Source: Octopus sinensis
Lineage: Eukaryota
Direction of reading: 5' to 3'
NCBI RefSeq assembly: GCF_006345805.1
Contig: NW_021836844.1
Coordinates: 1 to 36,753, forward strand
DNA: 36,753 nucleotides
Within the stretch, counting starts at the first letter, position 1; each line of letters opens with the position of its first letter. The position numbers were made by a program, and so were the translations under genes. The notes under the pieces were generated by a model. That model was not told the DNA's origin. It saw only the letters and a list, made by a program, of their open reading frames with translations, and made no database searches. This document shows, one piece after another, positions 11,708 to 21,034 of this stretch.

Positions 11708-11837
11708 GAATTTTTTGCGTAATAAGATAAAAAAAGCAAGGGTGTGTAGATATTACAGCATTTATAGATAGAAGGTCTATAAATTCTCTAATATCTACAC
11801 AGCCTTGGGATTTTTTATCTTATTACGCAAAAAATTC
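11708..11837. repeat. 130-bp near-perfect inverted repeat (fold-back hairpin)
   Basis: GAATTTTTTGCGTAATAAGATAAAAAA pairs perfectly with TTTTTTATCTTATTACGCAAAAAATTC. Inner arms CAAGGGTGTGTAGATATTA/TAATATCTACACAGCCTTG (1 mismatch) and ATTTATAGA/TCTATAAAT close a short loop. Confidence 0.85.
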
Positions 11838-11847
11838 ATATATATAT

Positions 11848-12264
11848 GCATAGGAGTGGCTGTGTGGTAAGTAGCTTGCTTACCAACCACATGATTCCGG
11901 GTTCATTCTCACTGCGTGGCACTTTGGGTAAGTGTCTTCTACTATAGCCTCGGGCCGACCAAAGCCTTGTGAGTGGATTTGGTAGACGGATACTGAAAGA
12001 AGCCTGTCGTATATCTGTATATATATATGTATGTGTGTGTGCGTGTTTGTGTGTCTGTGTTTGTCCCCCCAACATCGCTTGACAACCGATGCTGGTGTGT
12101 TTACGTCCCCGTAACATAGCGGTTCGGCAAAAGAGATCGATAGAATAAGTACTAGGCTTACAAAGAATAAGTCCTGGGGTCCATTTGCTCGACTAAAAGG
12201 TGGTGCTCTAGCATGGCCACAGTCAAATGACTGAAACAAGTAAAAGTGTAAAAGAGTAAAAGAG
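11848..12264 (+). mobile_element. Full-length tRNA-derived SINE (family A) with internal (TA)/(TG) microsatellite and (GTAAAAGA)n tail
   Basis: A-box-like GGCTGTGTGGTAAG, B-box-like GGGTTCATTCTC, CORE-like CTTTGGGTAAGTGTCTT. Near-identical to 33835-34225. Confidence 0.8.
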
Positions 12265-12784
12265 CATATATTGCTGCAGGACGCCACCAACTGTGTAAAT
12301 AACATGACGACATGAAGTACGACAAGAACCAAGTTAAATATGCAACCGAGGAGAGAATCGAATGGAAAAACGACAAATAGACACAGAGGACGACCCTTCA
12401 CCAGTTATTGGCCGTCTATCTACTCCTCGGTTCGAGCATTCAGCGATAATATGAGTCTTCAAAGACAGTTGTTCCCATAAATTCCAAAATAAAATTTTGT
12501 ATTTAAAGAGGGTCAAAGTTGGGACAAAAGCAGGACACTGGAGACATACAAGGAAGCCGAACGTTTTCGGAAAGTGAATTATAAATCAATTGCTGTGTTG
12601 TTAACTCTAGCCCATGTAAAATACCTTGTGGTATTTAGGATTATCAATACGAAGATGTTGAATTGGTATATTAGTTAGACTATAGGATAAGGATTTCTAG
12701 TGACCTTTGTCAATCTCTCTGTCCTCTGAGCTCAAATTCTGGCGAACTCAGTTTTTTTCTTTCATCCATTTTTGCTCAACTTAG

Positions 12785-13210
12785 CTAATTCAGTTTTTTG
12801 TCCAATCTACAAAAGCTGCGGAGTAATAAGTAATAATACTCCCAAGTATTTACAGCCTTCACAAAATTCGGACCATTTGCCTTTGACTTCATTAGCTTCC
12901 TCACATTTTTTATGTACTCCCTCACAATTTTCGTTTCCAATTCTATAGTTAGCACTCTGTCAGATTCTAATACTCCTAGATACTTATAACTCTCTCCTCC
13001 TTTCAACGATGGTTTTTGGATGCCTTAACTGAAAAGAGAACCAGTCAAGCAGCGCGGTCGATAAAATCGGCCATCTTCCGCCCGTAAATTAGAAACAACC
13101 GTTGCTTTCCTTTACCCAATATCTAAATACACCTTTATTCCCTTCTCATAACTAATATTGCACACTTATCTTTGCCAAATCCCATGCCTATATCTTTGCT
13201 GAAGAGGTTG
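12785..13210 (-). pseudogene. Decayed non-LTR retrotransposon RT C-terminal fragment, R4/Dong-like
   Basis: Translated by hand: NLFSKDIGMGFGKDKCAILVMRR (~13141-13209). The ORF track gives ESYKYLGVLE...EYIKNVRKLMKSKANGPNFVKAVNTW. These match the DIGMxFGxDKCA and YKYLG...LNxxNxxKAINTW motifs I recall from R4-clade RTs. Confidence 0.6.
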
Positions 13211-13469
13211 GGTCAGTGGTTTGTTGGAACGCTTATAGACTCGAACAAGTTGCCTGACGGTATATGTTGCAGTAGTTTAGGTCCCGACAGCAGGACTTGT
13301 GGCGACACTGGTTCCAAGATGTTTCGACACAGTCAGAGGCTATTTCTTTGAACATGCATCGGTAGCACGAGAAGGGAAAATTATATTTATTAGCATGGCA
13401 GATTTCCTGAACAACAATCTTCTCCTCCCTTCACACACAACTGAAGATCCTTAGTCAATATCAATCAAA

Positions 13470-13702
13470 GGCGGTGAGCTGTCAGAAACGTTAGCACGCC
13501 GGGGCGAAATGCTTAGCAGTATTTCGTCTGCTGCTACGTTCTGAGTTCAAATTCCGCCAAGGTCGACTTTGCATTTCATCCTTTCGGGGTCGATTAAATA
13601 AGCACCAGTTACTCACTGGGGTCGATATAATCGACTTAATCCGTTTGTCTATCCATGATTGTCCCTTCTGTGTTTAGCCCTTTGTGGGTAGTAAAGAAAT
13701 AG
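13470..13702 (+). mobile_element. Full-length SINE family B
   Basis: Head GGCGGTGAGCTGTCAGAAACGTTAG, B box GAGTTCAAATTCC, central GGTCGACTTTGCATTTCATCCTTTCGGGGTCG, 3' end GGGTAGTAAAGAAATAG. Confidence 0.8.
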
Positions 13703-14811
13703 TGAATAGAGATCAATTTAGGCCGTATATCTGTAATTTTGTGCGACACTTTACGTTCTGAGTTCAAATGACGGTAGCGTTTCGTTGGTTATAATTCCAG
13801 CATGATCAATAAATTTTTAAAAATCTATTGTTGGATGAATATTTCTATTCCCATGATGTTAACTAGACATGCATGGAATATGACATAGCAGATATCCCTA
13901 CAGAAAATCAAAGATATTTCATCTATACCATATCTTTCACGCATATTGAGTTTTACATTATCCAATGTATATCACGGCGTTTTACGTCCGTAGATGTGAT
14001 TGAGCTGATATTAATTTCTATACGATTATTCGAAGATAAATTGAGCACGCAGCGGTTCGCTCTTTTTTGCAGCGATTCAGTTATTGCTATCATTTTAATT
14101 GTTGATGTTGTTGGATTTGATGTTGCTGCTGCTGTTAATGTTGGGGGGGGGGCTTTCTTCTTCTTTAGCTCAAATGGACCAGATCTGTGATCACGTAGCT
14201 GCGATGATTTCGTCTTGCTTTCTAGACACAGCAAACGCATAACAAAAATAGCTAATATGAGCCGTTTTAAGAATCGCTGCTGGGAGTTGATCGAGATTTT
14301 GTTGCTGTTTCTAGCTATGAATGATCACATAAAAAGCTCTTTCTTTCTCATTCGCACAAAATCCTTCTGTCTCTATGTCTCCCCTTTCCCTCTCTTTCTT
14401 CCCCTCTCTCTTTCTTTATCGCTCTATCGCTTTCTTTCTTCAACGTATAAAAGAGATATTCATGCGATGACGATAATTCATTTCGTATTGCTCTTCCAAG
14501 TCTGTAATTTTCATGCTTTTATTCTACTTATTTTAAAAATTTTTTTCTTTTTCTAGTTCCTATGATTTTTCAAATTTCATATTAACATGTTTTCATGTAC
14601 CAAAATTTGTGCTGCTGTCGTAGAATTACAGAATACAATCCAATAAAATAAAATCAAATATAAAAATTTACCTAAATTAACATTTGAAAGCACCAACTGA
14701 AATTTAATTAAAACTTCAAAGAAATGTATGTTTAATCCAAATTTGAAAAAAATAATTAATTTAAATAATAAATGAATACATAACATATACATATATAATA
14801 TATATATATAT

Positions 14812-14853
<42 letters not shown>

Positions 14854-15344
14854 CAGTCTTCATGAAATTTATATTCATATAATGTTTTCAATTTAAATCT
14901 CCAGGAACATATATTTCTCTTTCAAAAAGATAGACATTTGAAATGAAGAATATAAAATAAATAATTTTTAAAGAAAATGAGAGGAAAAAGTCGTCAAACA
15001 TATTTAATATTTAGTGTTGCCGCTAGCAATACAAGGTTCGTTTAGAGTGATTCAGATATCACTGTTTAGCCCAAGGTCAGCTTATTTCTGTTTTCCTTTA
15101 TTCTCTTATCAGTCTTATGGTTATATATTTTCTTACCATAACCATGTCATATGTATTTCTTGATATATAATGAATTTGGAATTATGTCGTCTAATATGGC
15201 TTCCCTTCTTTAAGACCGACTCATGGTTATTGAAGGTAAGCTATATCTAGTTGTTTCCAGTTCTGGCCATCATATATTTAGAGCTGCATTTAGTACTTTA
15301 TTGTCTAAAGAATCTTTTACTTATTCAAGATAATATGAAGGTAA

Positions 15345-15349
15345 TATAT

Positions 15350-15416
<67 letters not shown>

Positions 15417-15446
15417 TATATATATATGTATATATTATATATATAT

Positions 15447-15477
<31 letters not shown>

Positions 15478-15530
15478 TATATATATATATATATATTATA
15501 TATGTATATATGTATATATATATATCTTTA
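15345..15530. repeat. Imperfect (TA)n tract; target site of the ribozyme-bearing insertion
   Basis: Direct reading; the TA-rich tract continues at 16529-16630. Confidence 0.9.
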
Positions 15531-15697
15531 TCGTGACGTATTTTTGCCATTTCAATATGGCTAACCCCTAAGAGTGGATGCTACTGTAGTTTTTAGCCCC
15601 AGGAGGACACACTCCTCCAGCTGGCCATAGACACACTATCTGTGTCCTGTCAGTATTTGCAAAGGGAAGTCATCCTTCCCGTCTTCAACTTATGATA

Positions 15698-15742
15698 CAC
15701 ACGGACTCGAGTTTCGAGGTACTGACCTCTCGTCAGCGTGTG
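15698..15742 (-). ncRNA. Minimal type I hammerhead ribozyme (inverted copy)
   Basis: CACACG-CUGACGA-GAGGU(CAGU)ACCUC-GAAA-CUCGAG-UC-CGUGUG on the minus strand. Confidence 0.88.
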
Positions 15743-15919
15743 ACAATCATAGTTGTCGCCGAGAATTAGATTTCCTTCACAAATACTTATACTTTTTCCA
15801 GCGCCCACTGTCGCTGATATTGAAAAAGTGAAATCAAACAATGATAAATATCAAAGTGAGTTATATACAGTAGCGGTAACACATCGTGACGTATTTTTGC
15901 CATTTCAATATGGCTATGT

Positions 15920-15964
15920 CACACGCTGACGAGAGGTCAATACCTCGAAACTCGAGTCCGTGTG
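15920..15964 (+). ncRNA. Minimal type I hammerhead ribozyme (direct copy 1)
   Basis: Stem I CACACG/CGUGUG; core CUGACGA 15926-15932; stem II GAGGU(CAAU)ACCUC; GAAA 15947-15950; palindromic stem III ACUCGAGU; GUC cleavage predicted after 15958. Confidence 0.9.
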
Positions 15965-16272
15965 TATCATAAGTTGAAGACGGGAAGGATGACTTCCCTT
16001 TGCAAATACTGACAGGACACAGATAGTGTGTCTATGGCCAGCTGGAGGAGTGTGTCCTCCTGGGGCTAAAAACTACAGTAGCATCCACCCTTAGGGGTTA
16101 GCCATATTGAAATGGCAAAAATACGTCACATTGTGTTACCGCTACTGTATATAACTCACTTTGATATTTATCATTGTTTGATTTCACTTTTTCAATATCA
16201 GCGACAGTGGGCGCTGGAAAAAGTATAAGTATTTGTGAAGGAAATCTAATTCTCGGCGACAACTATGATTGT

Positions 16273-16317
16273 CACACGCTGACGAGAGGTCAATACCTCG
16301 AAACTCGAGTCCGTGTG
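16273..16317 (+). ncRNA. Minimal type I hammerhead ribozyme (direct copy 2)
   Basis: Identical to copy 1. Core 16279-16285; cleavage predicted after 16311, 353 nt downstream of the first site. Confidence 0.9.
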
Positions 16318-16571
16318 TATCATAAGTTGAAGACGGGGAGGATGAGTTCCCTTTGCAAATACTGACAGGACACAGATAGTGTGTCTATGGCCAGCTGGAG
16401 GAGTGTGTCCTCCTGGGGCTAAAAACTACAGTAGCATCCACCCTTAGGGATTAGCCATATTGAAATGGCAAAAATACGTCACGATGTGTTACCGCTACTG
16501 TATATAACTCACTTTGATATTTATCATTATATATCTTTATATATGTATATAATATTTATATATAATATATA

Positions 16572-16616
<45 letters not shown>

Positions 16617-16659
16617 TATATATATATTTAAACGATAAACGTCGCACTTTTCAATCCTA

Positions 16660-16903
16660 GCTAGGCTCATGAGCCCGGTTTCCCGGTTCTGTGGCGTATG
16701 TATTCCCCCCCACCACCACCACCAGCTAGACGGGACGACAGTCCATCGCAAGGTTCCTCAAGAAACAGGAAGAGAGAGTGAGAGAAAGTTGTGGCGAAAG
16801 AGTACAGGAGTCACCACCACCCTCTGCCGGAGCATCGTGGAGCTTTTAGGTGTTTTCGCTCAATAAACACACGCAACGCCCGGGCTGAGAATCGAAACCG
16901 CGG
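16660..16903 (-). mobile_element. 5'-truncated SINE related to family C
   Basis: Shares GAGAGAAAGTTGTGG, GGAGCTTTTAGGTGTTTTCGCTCAATAAACAC and GAATCGAAACCGCG with 8580-8715, but has a different 3' part. Confidence 0.7.
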
Positions 16904-16907
16904 TTGT

Positions 16908-16970
<63 letters not shown>

Positions 16971-17257
16971 GGGGATTTGGCTGGTAGATCCAAAAGGTTT
17001 ACAAATTCCGTCTTTCGTACAGATAGGAAATTCAGAGCTTTTAGGGCTATGCATTGTTGTGCGCCATTTTGTAACTTTTATATGTGTCTATGCATGTACG
17101 GAAGTTTTTACAAGGTGCATATTCATGCTATGTGCTATATTTGACAGGTAGGTAGGCACACAGAGAGACAGAAAGACTGGCAGACAGGCAGACAGACAGA
17201 CAGACAAATAGACGGGACTATAGACAGACAGATATATATTTATACATATATATACAA

Positions 17258-17294
<37 letters not shown>

Positions 17295-17296
<2 letters not shown>

Positions 17297-17347
17297 AATA
17301 GATAGATAGACAGATATATGGATAGATAGATAGATAGATAGATATCA

Positions 17348-17384
<37 letters not shown>

Positions 17385-17403
17385 AAGATAGATAGATGAT
17401 AGA

Positions 17404-17501
<98 letters not shown>
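17295..17501. repeat. (GATA)n/(GACA)n microsatellite
   Basis: Direct reading. Confidence 0.95.
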
Positions 17502-17998
17502 CGTCTGTGTTTGCTGATCCATTTGTAAAATTATAAGTGCAGCGTTTTCCTCTGCGTTTACATGGCATTACCCCCCCTCCATCCCCACTCAATTATCTTA
17601 ATATCCATCGAAGCTGCCGTCTTTGTCAACATTGTACTGATGGAGTAATATAATTAAATATATCAAATACGAAACGTTTTAAATAATCGCCACCGAAGTG
17701 ATGAAATCCTAGATAGACAAGCGTTAAGTTCATTTCGTCGAAACGAAATTATAAATGCAAATATGAAGATGTCTAAGATTCCAATCATTTTCTTATGTTA
17801 AATGATGAGAAGAAATCTAATTATGATTCTCATAGAGAGCGCTTGAAATGGCAGAAGTTGTATGCCATTGGATTAAAATGCCTTGCGGTGTATAATTACA
17901 TAGTTTTAGTTCTGTAATCTGCGTTTAAAGTCCATCGTTGGTTGCAGTTAGTTTAATACATTCAAGAAAGCACCAGTAATATTTTGGGGTCGAAGACT

Positions 17999-18947
17999 GC
18001 GAGCTGGCAGAAACGTTAGCACGCTGGGCGAAATGCTTAGCTGTAATTTCATCTGACTTTACGCTCTGGGTTCGAATTCCACCGAGTTTGACTTTGCCTT
18101 TCATTCTTTCGGAGTCGATATATTAAGTACCAGTTGCGTACGAGCGTCGATCTGATCATCTCACCTTTTTTCCCCAAAAATCGGGCCTTGTGCCGAGAGC
18201 AGAAAGGGCTAAACACAGAGGGGACAAACAAGGACAGAGAAAATGATTAAGTCTATTACATCGACCCCAGTGCGTAACTGGTACTTAATTTATCGAACCC
18301 GAAATGATGAAAGACAAATTCAACCTCAGCGGAATTTGAACTCAGAACATAACGGCAGACGATATACCTATTTCTTTACTACCCACAAGGGGCTAAACAC
18401 AGATAGGACAAACAAAGCCAGGCAAACGGATTAAGTCGATTATATAGACTCCAGTTCGTAACTGGTACTTAATTCATCGACCCCGAAAGGATTAAAGGCA
18501 AAGTCGACCTCAGCTGAATTTGAACTCAGAACGTAACGGCAGACAAAATACCGCTAGTCATTTCGACCGGCGTGCTAACGTTTCTGCCAGCTCGCCGCCT
18601 TCGATATATTAAGTACCAGTTGCGTACTGGGATCGATCAAATTGACTGGATCCCTTCCTATAAATTTTGGGCCTTGTGCCTAGAGTAGAAAAGGATGGTA
18701 GCGGCAGACGAAATACCTATTTCTTTACTACCCACAAGGAGCTAAACAGAGAGAGGACAAACAAGGACAGGCAAACGGATTAAGTCGATTACATCGACCC
18801 CAGTGCGTAACTGGTACTTAATTTATCGACCCCGAAAGGATGAAAGGCAAAGTCGACCTCGTCGGAATTTGAACTCAGAACGTAGCGGCAAACGAAATAC
18901 CGTTAAGTATTTCACCCGGCCCGCTAACGTTTCTACCAGCTCGCCAC
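17999..18947. mobile_element. Cluster of SINE family B copies (one plus copy, several tandem minus units)
   Basis: Plus copy ~17999-18207; minus units ~18208-18366 and 18367-18600; plus 3' piece ~18601-18696; minus unit 18697-18947. Confidence 0.8.
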
Positions 18948-19575
18948 ATGTAGACAAGCAACTTCAGTTTCTATCAACCAAATCAAAACTCTATCAAAAC
19001 TCTTCGCGTAGAGGGACTGAACACGAAACCTTGATATTGAGACGCAACCTCCTAACCACATAGCCACGCTTGCTCCTATATTAATGTAATGGATTTTGCA
19101 CCCTAGCAATTCCGTTTATAGCACACAGAAATCACAATAGGTTTCTATCATAATTGTAATTGGTTTGCCAGATTCCTTATCCGAACATGTATGGTGAAAC
19201 AGAGGTAACGATCGCGGACGTCTTAACAGCATTATGAACCCTCGCGCAAATCAATGTAATGGCCCCCATTGTATCGTATATTGACAGCCACCTCAACATT
19301 TATAGATCAGAATTAGTTTCCTAAAGTCGTGGGGCAAATTTCACACGACTGAATAATCAATTTCTTATAGAATTAATCAAATATGTATAATAAAGAAGTG
19401 AAATACAATCAGTGCGTGTGTTTCTTATTGGCAGAATGACCGTCCCGAGATACACAAAAAAGGACCGTGTTATATAATTCTTTCTTTCTTTAACAAAAAT
19501 GCTAGATATTTTTTAGAAGATGAAAACCAATAGTGTTGAGTATGGAAAGGTTTTCGCCCCGTTATGTCTCCTCAG

Positions 19576-19655
19576 ATGTCTTTGGACAGATCTGGTCATC
19601 ATTTATTGATAACACAACCAGAAAACACAGCATGCAAACTCGATCGTAGATTTCG
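19576..19655 (+). other. Candidate 80-nt spliced exon (unverified)
   Basis: Acceptor TTTTCGCCCCGTTATGTCTCCTCAG and donor TCG|GTAAGG. One frame is open (MSLDRSGHHLLITQPENTACKLDRRFR). No recognisable domain. Confidence 0.2.
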
Positions 19656-20121
19656 GTAAGGCCGCTGAGATCGAACTTGCGAAGAGAGGGAAACAGAAAT
19701 TGTGTGTGTGTATGTGAGAGAGAGAGAGAGAGAGAGAGAGACAGAAAGAGAGAGAGAGAGACAAAGAGAGACAGTGGGGAAGAGTAAAGGAGAGAGAAAT
19801 GGAAGAAGAAAGGAAATAGAAACATATGTGAGTCTGAATTCTACATTCCTGACGGGGAAACAGTATCTACTCTATACACAGACGCACACACACCAAATCC
19901 ATATATACACATACACTTACGCACACACACACACACGCACGCACACACACACGCACACACATATTTTTATATATATGTACTCACATTCAGTGAATTACGG
20001 GTATAGATGCACAGAAAAACCTCTGGCATATGAATAAACATACGCAAAACTAATATATACAGATCTTAGAGACATTGATATATTCATCATGAATATGTAT
20101 CTCTCTCTCTGTCTCTGTTTT

Positions 20122-20154
<33 letters not shown>

Positions 20155-20381
20155 TTCTCTTGCTCTATCTCTCTATATCTGGGTCTGTGTGTTTGTACGT
20201 GTGTATATAGTTTTATAATAATATAAAATCTATGCATTTACGTATGCTATAGTATATGTATATATGCATATGTATGTATGTACATGTATGTATGTGTGCA
20301 TCTATGTATGTATATGTATATACACATACATATCTACACACACACACACACACGCACAGACACACACACAGCCAGATTGAA

Positions 20382-20399
20382 AAATAGACAAATAGATAA

Positions 20400-20434
<35 letters not shown>

Positions 20435-20441
20435 TACATGT

Positions 20442-20474
<33 letters not shown>

Positions 20475-20479
20475 CAGAC

Positions 20480-20532
<53 letters not shown>

Positions 20533-20539
20533 TACATGT

Positions 20540-20594
<55 letters not shown>

Positions 20595-20633
20595 TACAGA
20601 TATACAGATAGATAGATAGATAGATAGATAGAT
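20382..20633. repeat. (GATA)n tract at the 3' end of the full-length Tx1 copy
   Basis: Direct reading; abuts ATGTTTCTTTATTAGCC. Confidence 0.95.
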
Positions 20634-21034
20634 ATGTTTCTTTATTAGCCACACAGGGCTGCACACAGATAGAACAAATTACAAGGTAGAGCTTTTCTTT
20701 TGAAGGTATTAAAAAAAAAAAAAAAAAAAGGAAGGGGGAGTTTCGATCAAAGGGATCGTAAAAGGAGAGAAAGAGGACAAAAATAAGGGGGGTTAAAAAA
20801 AAAAAAAAAAAAAAAGGGGGGGGGGGAGAGGAAAAAAATGATCAATAGGGATCGTTATCACAGAAATGTCAATATGAAGTGTAAAGGGGAGGACAGGTGA
20901 GGTTTACCCGTGAAAGAAAAGCCTGCGGAAAAGACCACGGTAACCTCGGTCAATGAAGTCACATTTTATATTCTTTTTTTCTTTTTTTTTTTTTTTTTTT
21001 GCAATAAGCAACTCTCTGTTTTCGATTTCTGGGT

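Larger units (their letters stand above)
15531..16528. mobile_element. Non-autonomous hammerhead-ribozyme retroelement (retrozyme/Penelope pLTR-like): inverted segment plus tandem 353-nt monomers
   Basis: ~15531-15916 is the reverse complement of the monomer (period 353: TCGTGACGTA at 15531 and 15884). 15917-16528 is ~1.7 direct copies (period 353). TSD ATATATCTTTA at 15520-15530 and 16529-16539 (11-13 bp depending on microhomology). Three intact HHR cores; no RT ORF. Confidence 0.85.

Noticed and set aside
13953-14240. 95-aa minus-strand ORF (and 105-aa plus ORF at 13873-14190) as a host exon
   Set aside because: No recognisable domain, partly low complexity, and no convincing donor; left uncalled.
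15200-15340. Possible Penelope ORF-end relic (ILNK..) followed by TGATGGCCAGAACTGGAAAC on the minus strand
   Set aside because: Too degenerate: the core is incomplete, there is no stem I, and in-frame stops are present.
16174-16365. 63-aa ORF (also 15650-15841) with a P-loop-like ATVGAGKS
   Set aside because: TTG start, very short, no downstream NTPase motifs, and it overlaps a structured ribozyme RNA; most likely a chance match.
17295-17600. GATA tract as a third Tx1 insertion site
   Set aside because: The adjacent sequence does not match the Tx1 3' end (no TTTATTAGCCACACAGGG). The same holds for 28604-28708 and 30488-30585; these are unoccupied tracts.
20302-20666. YLSI-repeat ORFs starting [10 protein letters not shown] (also 26644-26987, 17088-17592, 28337-28729)
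   Set aside because: Translations of (TCTA)n; useful only as confirmation that both Tx1 3' ends are identical.
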